Shown: in pieces, positions 29,648 to 39,058 of the stretch
Layout: each line of letters starts with the position of its first letter
Position numbering within the stretch: position 1 is the first letter of the stretch
NCBI GenBank assembly: GCA_963555755.3
Contig: OY820905.2
Span: 1,568,001-1,632,000, forward strand
Length of the DNA stretch: 64,000 nucleotides
Source: Nitrospirales bacterium
Lineage (GTDB): Bacteria > Nitrospirota > Nitrospiria > Nitrospirales > UBA8639
Direction of reading: 5' to 3'
Translations under genes and position numbers: made by a program
The notes under the pieces: generated by a model
The model's database searches: none
Told to the model about the DNA's origin: nothing
Seen by the model: the letters and a program-made list of their open reading frames with translations, nothing else

Positions 29648-30655
29648 TTACAGGCCTCTGTTAAGTTCTCTCGTGAATCGCTCAACCTCCTGCTCTAATC
29701 CTGGGGCAGTTGGTGTTTTAGGGCTTGTGCAGCGTACAACCTGGAGACAATCACACCGTCCATGCTCAGTGTAATGCCAGGCGGGTAGGTAGGCCGTAAT
29801 CTGGAAGCCAAGCTTCCGCATAGCGCGGACCAGTGCAACTTTGTCTGCAAGAACATAGGCGAAGACATGCTCCTTTTGGGGTGCCACGGAAAGCAACGCC
29901 GCAAGTCCCTCATCTGTAGCCTTGGCTCTTTCCTCTGACCCTAGGATGTGCACGATGTGAAGCGACTCCCCCTCAGCGGCGAGACGGTAGTCAATACGCC
30001 AGTTCCCGTCCGTAGCATAATCCGTACCAGGCGGCCCGACGATCGGGGTGTTCGGATAGGCCCCAGTGATCGTTTCAAGCGAAAGTGGCTTAAGAATCTC
30101 ATCCTTGACAAACGCTGCCCAGGGCAGTGTCTCTGCCGGTGCGATGCGTCGAGGGGTATGCTCAGGGTTCAGGGTGAAGCCTGCGAAGATGGCTTCCCTG
30201 GAACCATTATTCACATGCATTCCGCCATCATGCCCTCCAATAACCGTCGCACCCCTATTGGTGTTCTCAAAAATTGGAAGAAATGTATGACGGATGTATC
30301 CCATAACAAGCTCACAGTCTCGCCGGGCATAGAGAAGCTTCATACAGGCAGCCCGCAAGTCCGTAGCAATATTGCGGACTCGATGGGCAAGATCGGTGGC
30401 CCCCCAGCACGTTTCGTATACGCGGTTCCAGCCGTGCCACACGGCCGCAATGCACCCCACGACCCTGCTCTCCACAGTCGCGACAAGCCACAGATCCGGC
30501 CGATTCATGGACTCCCGGACGAACTCCGGATCCTCGCACTCGTGGATGGGCCCTCCCCTCGTCCTCGGATACGCTTGCCGGAACAGCCCAGCGATCGACT
30601 CCACGTCCCTCTCGACTGCCACGCGTATTCCGTAGGTGCTCTCACGTTCAAGCAT
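29648..30655 (-). CDS. GNAT-fold acyltransferase-like protein (probably tandem GNAT)
   Basis: ATG 30655 with RBS GAGGAGG; IRVAVERDV...LVATVESRVVGCI...; C-terminal MRKLGFQITAYLPAW. Confidence 0.7.
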   Translation of the reverse strand: MLERESTYGIRVAVERDVESIAGLFRQAYPRTRGGPIHECEDPEFVRESMNRPDLWLVATVESRVVGCIAAVWHGWNRVYETCWGATDLAHRVRNIATDLRAACMKLLYARRDCELVMGYIRHTFLPIFENTNRGATVIGGHDGGMHVNNGSREAIFAGFTLNPEHTPRRIAPAETLPWAAFVKDEILKPLSLETITGAYPNTPIVGPPGTDYATDGNWRIDYRLAAEGESLHIVHILGSEERAKATDEGLAALLSVAPQKEHVFAYVLADKVALVRAMRKLGFQITAYLPAWHYTEHGRCDCLQVVRCTSPKTPTAPGLEQEVERFTRELNRGL

Positions 30656-30756
30656 GTCTTCCTCCTCCTCAAGTCCAGGTGGCCCAAAAAGAAAGAGTTG
30701 GTCTTTTCCTTCCCCCGCCAGAGAGAGAAGTAGAAAATATACAGCAAACAAGCGTA

Positions 30757-32451
30757 TTAGCTGACTGGCTGACCCACAAGCGCCAGATCCGCACACATTT
30801 GGTCCAAAGCTTGAAACCGTGGTTCGCCTTCGAACGCAAAAAGCCTGTCCTCTTCCCACTTCTCCGGATCAAGTCCCACAGCATAGGGATTGACACACGC
30901 CCCAGATAATGTGCTCTCTTCTTTGGGCAGCACATCGGCTACTGCCAACCTAAAGAACACACGGGCGTAGTCTTCAAACAACTGAAGTGAGCCGGCCATC
31001 TCCTCCAAGAACTCCTGGGGACTTTTTTCGCGAACACTTCCCCGCATGACCTCACATATATTCGGAAATCCCCTCAGGGGATCATAGAAGCCAGCCGGCA
31101 GTTTTTTCCCCGATCGAAGCTTCGCCCACTGTATGAAGAGTGCCTGGACTTGCCGATTCAAGCGGATGAACTGCCGCGTCAACGCAAGATACTCGGGCAG
31201 AATCTCCTCGTGTTCCAGAAATCCCAAAAAGAGCAACTGGGCTGGTCCGGCGAAATACTGCCCGCCGTCCCAAAACGGTTTCATGAGCATAAGGAAGTCA
31301 TCACCAAGAACCTCATACATGCTGGAAAACATATCCGTACACATCCCTGCCCACCCGAGGTACAGCTCATTGTAGTGGTTCACAATTTCGTCCGTCAGTT
31401 GCCCCGCAAGCGTAAGTTCAATGAGGCGAATAACGATCGTATCAGCCCAGGCAATCAAGTCTGCGCCGTTTGAAAAGAACGGATCCGTAAACGCTGCTGC
31501 CTCACCTACACAAAACCACCCCGTCCCCGAGAACGCACGCTCGATCGAATGGGACAGCTTCTTATATGCCAAAAAGTCGATTGGCTGTGTGCTCGCTAGC
31601 CATTTCGCAACTATCGGCTCATGGCGCTCAAGCCAAGCAAACGAACTTTCATAGGTGTTTCGGCTCTTGATAGGATGGAGCCGCTCAGTCCCGACGATTC
31701 CAATACTGGTGTAGTCATCAGGCAGTGGAATAAACCATACCCAGTACCCTTCGCCAAAGAGATGCAACGTCGTATCTCTTCGGGTTTCAACCCGCCGGTG
31801 CCAGGCGGCGTTTTCTTTGGGGACAAGATCAGACACGTCCAACGCTCCCTTGACCCGCCACCAGGTCGCGTTTGCTGGATTCTCCAATTCCCGTGCCAGG
31901 CTCAACTTTTGAGCCAGAAAGCGCCGCCGGCCAGTAGCATCCACCACGAAGCGGCACGATACAGTTTTCTTCTCCCTGCTTCCGCTATCCTCGTAGACCA
32001 CGGTATGCGGCTCGCCATCGTGGGTCACAATATCTTTGACCAGAAAGCCCTCCTGCATCTCAATCCCGAGCGCATCATTGGACGTTCGGACATCATTTTC
32101 GAACAGGCCGCGATCCAGTTGGTAAGCCGGAAGGCCCGTGTATGGCTGGGCTCGCGCCGTATACTCAATCCGTTCTTGAAACGAGTCCCCGCCGCCAACA
32201 CCGATAAAATGGAGACCATACTTCTCTACGTGCTTGTCAACTTGCGACTCCAGATTTAGGATCTTTCGCAGCCAGAAGGTAGGCGCCGTGCCAATGGACT
32301 CTCCCACCTTGTAGGCTGCCACCGGCAGCGGTCGCTTCGTCCGTTCGATGACGAGAATCGACAAATCGGGGAGTTTCATGCGAAGTTGACGCGCAAGTGT
32401 CAGCCCCGCAAACCCTCCGCCACAGATCACCACGTCGTAGTATTTTCCCAT
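30757..32451 (-). CDS. Flavin-dependent halogenase
   Basis: DVVICGGGFAG (GxGxxG), KVGES, QLDRG, DATGR, WVWFIP (WxWxIP), GEAAAFTDPFFSNG; start ATG 32451 with RBS AAGGAG. Confidence 0.85.
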   Translation of the reverse strand: MGKYYDVVICGGGFAGLTLARQLRMKLPDLSILVIERTKRPLPVAAYKVGESIGTAPTFWLRKILNLESQVDKHVEKYGLHFIGVGGGDSFQERIEYTARAQPYTGLPAYQLDRGLFENDVRTSNDALGIEMQEGFLVKDIVTHDGEPHTVVYEDSGSREKKTVSCRFVVDATGRRRFLAQKLSLARELENPANATWWRVKGALDVSDLVPKENAAWHRRVETRRDTTLHLFGEGYWVWFIPLPDDYTSIGIVGTERLHPIKSRNTYESSFAWLERHEPIVAKWLASTQPIDFLAYKKLSHSIERAFSGTGWFCVGEAAAFTDPFFSNGADLIAWADTIVIRLIELTLAGQLTDEIVNHYNELYLGWAGMCTDMFSSMYEVLGDDFLMLMKPFWDGGQYFAGPAQLLFLGFLEHEEILPEYLALTRQFIRLNRQVQALFIQWAKLRSGKKLPAGFYDPLRGFPNICEVMRGSVREKSPQEFLEEMAGSLQLFEDYARVFFRLAVADVLPKEESTLSGACVNPYAVGLDPEKWEEDRLFAFEGEPRFQALDQMCADLALVGQPVS

Positions 32452-32465
32452 TCTTCTTCTCCTTT

Positions 32466-32510
32466 CTAGGACCCTGCCCGAGATGAGACTGATCTCGGAC
32501 AGGCTCCTCG
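32466..32510. repeat. Collapsed MITE-D hairpin
   Basis: CTAGGACCCTGCCCGAGAT-GAGACTG-ATCTCGGACAGGCTCCT: both family D ends with a 7 nt spacer. Confidence 0.7.
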
Positions 32511-32524
32511 CCCATAGCCAGAAC

Positions 32525-33409
32525 TCATCTCTTAAGTCTTTGAAAGGCCTCACTCTCTTCACCGATAAACCACGGACACACAGACGTTCCTTTATAAAAC
32601 GAGAAAACGTAAAGTGTAGGGATAGTAGCGATGAGTTCATGAAGTTCAGGTTTGGCATAGCAGAAATAAATATCGTCCGGATAGAGCTGATGATACCTTT
32701 TGAGGCCAAACGTTCGAAAAGTCACGTACCGTTCAGCAACCTCTTCTTGAGTCAAGAAACCTCTTTTGACTAAAAGAGAGTGTTTTCCGGCTTGCTCGAT
32801 TAATGTTCTAAAACGAGGGTCTTTAAGCGATGCATCGATCTTCGGGATCGATTGTTCAAACATGTTTTCCAGATCAAGCCGCTTCGCGAGTTCCATGACC
32901 GAAAAACCCTCATTCCCGTTTAATGCAAAGGCATCCGACCAAAAGTGAGTGTTTAAGGATACAAGCTCAAAATTCTTACCTAGTGACTGAGTCATAACTT
33001 TAAGACTGTGCCAATAGCGATCTATTTGCTCCCTATTGTATCCTTGCAGAAATGAAGCATTGGTATCGGCGAAAAGAATTCTGATAATGAGGCGCGCTCC
33101 CAGGTTCTCAATGGGGGTCATGAATTGATCGCGTAAAAAAAGTAGCGTCGCGCGATCAACCTCATCGGCGACTCCCTGACTCGTCGTTTTGACTCCAAGC
33201 CAGGTTGTTGACAAATTGATAGGCTGATTCGTCTGAATTTTTTCTAATAGGGACTTTTTGACCCCAATGCTATCCAACGGCAAGTGTCGTCTTACCCTTC
33301 GGCTGGTTAAAATTCCATACACAGAATCAACCAAGACATTAGGCTCTACGTCACCAAAACACGTATCTTTTCGTTCAACGCGACGGGGCGTGACCGATAG
33401 TGAGTTCAT
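32525..33409 (-). CDS. Hypothetical protein, possible distant Dit1/PvcA(IsnA)-like HUP-fold enzyme
   Basis: 294 aa with RBS AGGAG. The family guess rests only on motif spacing (QPINL..K..G.AD..D..L..L..I.FAD..Y..L). Confidence 0.45.
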   Translation of the reverse strand: MNSLSVTPRRVERKDTCFGDVEPNVLVDSVYGILTSRRVRRHLPLDSIGVKKSLLEKIQTNQPINLSTTWLGVKTTSQGVADEVDRATLLFLRDQFMTPIENLGARLIIRILFADTNASFLQGYNREQIDRYWHSLKVMTQSLGKNFELVSLNTHFWSDAFALNGNEGFSVMELAKRLDLENMFEQSIPKIDASLKDPRFRTLIEQAGKHSLLVKRGFLTQEEVAERYVTFRTFGLKRYHQLYPDDIYFCYAKPELHELIATIPTLYVFSFYKGTSVCPWFIGEESEAFQRLKR

Positions 33410-33421
33410 ATTGGCTCCTCC

Positions 33422-35065
33422 TTATCTTTTTCTAAACATAAGCTGGGGTTCCCCGTTGCTTTGTTTGATAATGAAGTTTCCTATGTATTGTTCATTTGTC
33501 TCGGGATAATCTTTACGAAAATGTGAACCACGACTTTCTTTCCGTTTTTGCGCACTCATAGAAACAAGCTTCGCGGTGATATACATATTCCTCAGCTCAA
33601 ACAGTCGGCTTAACTCCTCCCGAGAATTTGCCGCCCATTTGGAGAATCCTCCAAGGCTGCGGTCGATATATTGCACGAGCCTCGTAAGCCCCTCCCCTGT
33701 TCGGATTAAGCCTCCATCGACCCACATACGTTGCTTCAGTGTACTCTGTAGCTGCTCTACGTGATTATCTTCCCCGATATGCCGATCGAGGTTTTGGATA
33801 TACGCTTCCACTTCTGGACAGAACGGCTCTTCATTCCCTGGAGGATTCTTCATAATAAATTCAACGACTGACTGGCCGGCAATCGTTCCAAACACGACAC
33901 AATCAGGCAACGAATTACAGGCAAGTCTATTAGCCCCATGAACCCCACCCGTGACTTCTCCACAGGCAAATAATCCAGGAATGCTCGTTTGAGCCTGTGT
34001 ATCGATAACAATTCCCCCCATGAAATAGTGAGCGCCCGGAGAAACAATCACTTTCCATTCTTTTCTTGGTATTCTTTGTTCGAGAAAATAGGCATAATAA
34101 TCAGGCATGGTTTCTTTTACGGCTTGAGCTTTCACGCCAGAGAGGTCAAGCCACACACCATTTCTTACACCTCGCCCAGCAAGAATCTCTTGAAACATTC
34201 CTCGCGCATGAATATCACGAGTGGCGAGGTCCCCTCGACTATCATGCTTGTTCATAAAAGGCTCTCCGAGAGCGTTCTTTGTCTTTGCCCCAAGACTCGG
34301 AAGACTTGCCGGGATATCCGCGTGAAGGGTCTCGCTTCTCGGCCACGCAACTTCGAGTGGATAATGTTGTACGAATTCCATATCAACCAGTTCCGCTCCC
34401 AGGTTAAAAGCCAAGGCGAATCCATCACCCGTCGCCTCAAGCGGAGTTCGGGTGACTTGGTAGATCTGCCCTGCTCCTCCGGTGGCCACGATAACCGTTC
34501 TGGCGACAAACACTTGGAAAGTCCCTTTTTCTTGGTTCAGGCAAATGACGTAGAACAGAGCGTTCTTCTTCAAAACATCAAATACGAAAAGACCTTTGTG
34601 TATTTCGATGTTTTGATTCCGGATTTTCTGAATCAGAGGGATACTGATATCCGGTCCGTTTTTATGAATTGTGTAAATCATTCGGGGATGTGTATGACCA
34701 CCACCCAGATAGGTTTTCAGACGACCATCTTTCCCTCGATCAAAGGTCACGCCATGTTTTTCAAGTTCAGGAACATATCGAATCGATTGATGCACATAAG
34801 TCGACACCAGGTCTGGATCACATAATCCCCGTCCTGAGGAGAGCGTATCCTCTATGTGAGACCTGAGGCTATCTTCGGACCCATTTTGAACAACACTAAA
34901 GCCTGCTCGAGCAATGGCAGTGGCTCCATTTTTTTCGCTTTTGCCTTTTGTGATAAGAATCGGCTCAATCCCCCGGTCTTTTATCTGTAGGGCCGCGGCC
35001 ATTCCAGCTAATCCGCTCCCCAGTATAATCGTATCGTTTGTGGGATGAACTCTAAATTGAGACAT
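33422..35065 (-). CDS. L-aspartate oxidase / SdhA-FrdA family flavoprotein
   Basis: ILGSGLAG, GGHTHPR, ATGGAG, TGDG, DMEFVQHYP, HYFMGG, GVHGANRL, ESRGSHFRKDYP. Confidence 0.9.
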   Translation of the reverse strand: MSQFRVHPTNDTIILGSGLAGMAAALQIKDRGIEPILITKGKSEKNGATAIARAGFSVVQNGSEDSLRSHIEDTLSSGRGLCDPDLVSTYVHQSIRYVPELEKHGVTFDRGKDGRLKTYLGGGHTHPRMIYTIHKNGPDISIPLIQKIRNQNIEIHKGLFVFDVLKKNALFYVICLNQEKGTFQVFVARTVIVATGGAGQIYQVTRTPLEATGDGFALAFNLGAELVDMEFVQHYPLEVAWPRSETLHADIPASLPSLGAKTKNALGEPFMNKHDSRGDLATRDIHARGMFQEILAGRGVRNGVWLDLSGVKAQAVKETMPDYYAYFLEQRIPRKEWKVIVSPGAHYFMGGIVIDTQAQTSIPGLFACGEVTGGVHGANRLACNSLPDCVVFGTIAGQSVVEFIMKNPPGNEEPFCPEVEAYIQNLDRHIGEDNHVEQLQSTLKQRMWVDGGLIRTGEGLTRLVQYIDRSLGGFSKWAANSREELSRLFELRNMYITAKLVSMSAQKRKESRGSHFRKDYPETNEQYIGNFIIKQSNGEPQLMFRKR

Positions 35066-35376
35066 GTTTTTAATAGATCCTTAAGCGATTAAGTGGGTCC
35101 CGGTTGGTCTTTGAACGCGATGATTCAGGCCGCGTTAACCAGACCTAAAAACCGCTACTAGAGACACCCAGCACCCAGATATGGTTTTTCATGAAGGCGT
35201 ACCTCACAGACTTTGGCGTGCAGAGTACAAGGCAAGACGCACGTCTTTTGTGTTTGTGATCATGTCTTCTTCCTTTTCGATCATTTTGATCGGCTGCATG
35301 TGTTGTGAAAGAAGAGTCATCCATCCACCATTTTTCCATAGGATGCTGCCTGTGAGATGCACATGCGTCTCACAGA

Positions 35377-36981
35377 TCAATGAACCATTGCAGACATCCC
35401 CGTCGCGACGTCCGCTCCAACAGGAACCCCGGGAGTTCCCGTCCCGAATTCTTCTTGGAAGAACCGACAGAGCGGCTCGAGGTGGTCATGGTCTTTTTTC
35501 CATTCGCCCAAGATATTTTCAATCACATGATGAGTGCGGAGTAGCTTGTCCTGACGGAAACGCCGAACAATGGGATGGATGACGGTGCTCAATTCCGAAT
35601 GCGCCGTGTCTTCCTTATGAATCCGGTTCACACAAAAGGGATCAACCGCCGCATCGATCAGGTTCTGTCCAAACTCCAGCGCCACGATATAATACTGCTC
35701 GTACCGGCTAAAGGGGCTGTCCTGAACATAGTCGAGGGGCATCTCCTCGTAGTAGCGCACGTCCGCCCCCTCAACCACGAGCAGGTCAATGATATAGTCC
35801 GTCTGTTGCCAGAGGGCCGAACTTCGATTGATGCGCTCGAGGATGACCGCCGCCACCTTCTCGGCCGTAGGCTCAATGCGCCGGGAGGGCCAGTCCTGCC
35901 CATGGTACTTATGCTCAAAGAGCCGCGCTAACCACGAGGTGTTGTAGCGAAAACCATGAATGAAGGCCGACTGATCCTTTTTGAAATCCCGCATTTGCAT
36001 CAACGCCCCGGCAAAATACAGATGCGGCACATTGGTCGACTCCCACTGACTCGTTTGTGCCGGGAAGCGATTCCCGATGGCCAGCGCCGGTTGGCAGGAC
36101 GGATCAAAGATAGAGTCATCGAATTGAAAGCCGGTACAGGTGATGATGCGATCATAGTCCAGGACTTCCTCCTCCCGATGCCCATGGGACGAGATGAACG
36201 TCACTCGAAACCCGTCCCCGGTTCGCTCAATCCGTTTCACCGTCGCATCAATAAAGACATTTTGGGATTTCAAGAGGTAGCTGTCCGCCAAGGTTATATT
36301 CACCGAGCGCAGGTGCCCAATGTGGTGGGTTTTCCAGGCCAGGGTAATGGGGTTGGGGCTCACCAGGTGCATCAATGCCGTGGTCCCAATTAAATGCTCC
36401 GCACTCTCAAAGGCGGAATTGCCTTTGCCGATAAACAGGACCCGCTGGCCGGCAAAGTCTTGGGGATCGATCGAGACGTCCGCATAATTTTCGGTTTGCT
36501 CAATCCCCGGTATCGCAGGCATATAGGGCCGTGACAGCCCGGACGCGACAATCAGCCGATGTCCGGCATACCGGCGGCCTTTTTGATCAACCACCTCAAA
36601 GACCCCGTTTTGTCGTGCGACGCTGATGACCTGGGTTTGATACTGAATGGCGAGATCGAAGTGCCGAGCAAAGCGACCAAGATAGCGCACTAAATCATCG
36701 CCGGTAGGCCAATACGCCTTGGTCTCATCTTTGAGGAGCACGCCTTCCTCATTTAAGAGGGAATTCCAATCCCATCGCAGATTGACACCCGGATCCTCCT
36801 GCCCTGTATGGACTTTGTTGATCGAGAGCAGTGCCCGATGTCGGGGAAACCGCTCAAAAAAACTCCCCGGTTTCTCGGCGCCTTCTAGAATGAGGTACTC
36901 GCGCCGGTTCTTTTGGAGACAGTACCCCAGCTGGAGGCCTCCCGGACCGGCACCAATGATCAGATAGTCATGGATCCGCAT
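35377..36981 (-). CDS. FOXRED2-like FAD/NAD(P)-dependent oxidoreductase
   Basis: IIGAGPGG, FPRHRALLSINK, WDWNSLL, IGKGNSAFE, SAFIHGFRYN; RBS AAGGAG supports ATG 36981. Confidence 0.85.
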   Translation of the reverse strand: MRIHDYLIIGAGPGGLQLGYCLQKNRREYLILEGAEKPGSFFERFPRHRALLSINKVHTGQEDPGVNLRWDWNSLLNEEGVLLKDETKAYWPTGDDLVRYLGRFARHFDLAIQYQTQVISVARQNGVFEVVDQKGRRYAGHRLIVASGLSRPYMPAIPGIEQTENYADVSIDPQDFAGQRVLFIGKGNSAFESAEHLIGTTALMHLVSPNPITLAWKTHHIGHLRSVNITLADSYLLKSQNVFIDATVKRIERTGDGFRVTFISSHGHREEEVLDYDRIITCTGFQFDDSIFDPSCQPALAIGNRFPAQTSQWESTNVPHLYFAGALMQMRDFKKDQSAFIHGFRYNTSWLARLFEHKYHGQDWPSRRIEPTAEKVAAVILERINRSSALWQQTDYIIDLLVVEGADVRYYEEMPLDYVQDSPFSRYEQYYIVALEFGQNLIDAAVDPFCVNRIHKEDTAHSELSTVIHPIVRRFRQDKLLRTHHVIENILGEWKKDHDHLEPLCRFFQEEFGTGTPGVPVGADVATGMSAMVH

Positions 36982-37345
36982 TTTCATTCTCCTTCTTTGT
37001 AATGAGCCTGTTGAAGGCTGAGGGGTTCGGGAATCTTTCACAATCATGCTCTTCACTTGGAGACGGAGAGTTGCCTTAGTTCGTCCACCTTTTTGATTTT
37101 TTCTCCACAAGTGGATCGTACCGGGAGACCGTTTCCCCTTAGAAAACCTTGCGTGGTCTGTTCGCAGGTAAATAGTCTGGGAGAATAGCCCGCCTGGCTA
37201 CGACCCCACCCAGGTTGTCTTCTGCGTCGACCACGGGCGCGCCGAAAATTGAAATGAAGTATATTGAAATTGGTTTTCTATTTAAATCAGCGGAATCCTG
37301 AAAATATGGTCAGACTTTGCCTCGGGCCCGTGTCCGATTATGTCC

Positions 37346-38466
37346 TAGTGTTTAATTGCTAAGTTAAACTATATTATGTAATTTTGGCCTAATGCCGAGA
37401 ACTGCCCCCCCCCATAGAGATCCCCCCAGAGGACAAGAGAACGTTACGAAACCGGACAAAGAGCCGAACATTGCCCAAGCAAACGGTGGCCCGAGCGAAA
37501 ATGATTTTGGAGAGCGAAGCGGGAAAACCGGTCAAACAGATCGCGCAGGAACTCACCACGTACCCCAACAAAGTCATTGATTGGCGATAACGCTATGTCG
37601 AGAATGGGCTAGCCGGCCTTCAGGATCAGCCCCGCTCGGGTCGACCACCCAAGTATGGTAAAACGTTTCGCAATGATCTGCTCAAGGTGTTAAGCCCACC
37701 GCCGCCCCAAGGGTTGGCCCTGTGGGACGGGCCTGCCGTGGCCGAGGAGTTGGAGGCACCCGTTGACGCGGTCTGGAAAGTGTTACGCAAAGAAGGCATC
37801 AATCTGCAACGGCACCGGTCATGGTGTATCAGCACCGATACAAACTTTGCCAGCAAGGCCGCGGATATTGTGGGGCTCTATTTAGCCCCGCCGGTCAACG
37901 CCATCGTGCTCTGTGTGGATGAAAAACCCAGCATTCAGGCCCTGGAACGAAAAACCGGCTATATCAAAACAGAGAGTGGAAAAGTCATCCGCGCCTACCA
38001 AAGCACCTATACACGACATGGCACGCTCAATCTCTTTGCTGCGCTGGAAGTCTCAACAGGAAAAATTCAGGGCAAAGTGACGCCAGAGAAAAAGCGAACG
38101 GATTTTCAAGCCTTTCTGGATGAAATTGTGGAGGAATACTCTCCAGCCCAAGAGATTCACGTCGTGTTAGATAATGACGGCACCCACAAGAAGAACGACG
38201 AGTGGCTCGCACGCCATAACAATGTCCACTTTCATTTTCCCCCGACATCCGCAAGCTGGCTCAATCAGGTCGAAATCTGGTTTGGGATCTTTTCCCGGAA
38301 AGCTCTCCGGGGCGCTTCCTTTGCCAGTCCTCACCAACTGAGACAGCGTATCGAAGATTGTATCGAACACGACAACCCAACAGCCAAACCATTTAAATGG
38401 CGGAAAAGGGAAGTCAAGGGATCGCAGCTTAAAGATAATATAGCTAACTTAACAAATTAAACACTA
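37346..38466 (+). mobile_element. IS630-family IS, transposase pseudogene
   Basis: IR TAGTGTTTAATT/AATTAAACACTA; CVDEK, YTRHGT, VLDN, SWLNQVE. Frameshift in a C run at about 37410 and a stop at about 37588. Confidence 0.9.
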
Positions 38467-38575
38467 GCCCTTGTCATAGCACCTCCTCCACCCCTTTGAA
38501 AGCCGGCTAGTATCCCACTGGTTACGGGGGGTGTTCCGGCTGCACGTTAGTGTCGCTTGATTTGAGACTCCTAGC

Positions 38576-38835
38576 CTGGATTTCTCACCGGCTGAATTGA
38601 ATAAGGCCGCATTTCATGGCATAACCATTGGGAGCTCAATAGGTTAGAGCCAGAGGAGAGAGTAGCCTTATGAATACAGCGTGTACAGCAGGACAATTGG
38701 AATTTCACGGCCTTGGGCGTCGTGCGGTGGTGGGGCAATTCGATGGGGGAAAGATCAGTTCAGATAGTGGCGGACTGTTATTGCGTGAGGTTGAACAGCG
38801 GGCGCATATTCTCAAACGCCTCGCCGAGTGTTTCG
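38576..38835 (+). pseudogene. IS1380-family 5' fragment
   Basis: FDGGKISSDSGGLLLREV; cut by the GGGGTCA element. Confidence 0.8.
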
Positions 38836-38837
38836 TG

Positions 38838-39038
38838 AGAAGGGGTCAGAAGGGGTCAAGAAGGGGTCAAATCTTTGGTTGAGAGTTTCGTTTTTAACTC
38901 TTCGGCTTTCTTTTAGCCACTAACCTTTTTATGTGCAAGTGATCTTCTATTCCGAGAAGGGGGCGTGAGCTGAAGTATTAGTCAACAAAAGATTTGACCC
39001 CTTTTTCAAAAGATTTGACCCCTTTTTGACCCCTTTTT
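38838..39038. repeat. GGGGTCAAATCTTTGGTTGA element, copy 3 (shorter), stuttered ends
   Basis: Matches 874-1020; GAAGGGGTCA x3 on the left and TGACCCCTTTT x3 on the right. Confidence 0.9.
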
Positions 39039-39058
39039 CGCGTACCCGCTGTTCTCTT

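Noticed and set aside
23141..30289. Diversity-generating retroelement TR/VR pair
   Set aside because: Only one mismatch was noticed, and there is no reverse transcriptase in the window.
33422..35065. Housekeeping nadB or sdhA symbol
   Set aside because: The family is clear, but orthology is not, and partner genes are absent.
19683..37110. Long N-terminal extensions in the ORF track (19934, 23171, 30859, 32709, 37110)
   Set aside because: Most overlap upstream genes, and downstream ATGs have clear RBSs and family-typical starts.
37120..37250. CBS-domain remnant (GAPVVDAEDNLGGVVARRAIL, minus strand)
   Set aside because: Too short to support a call.
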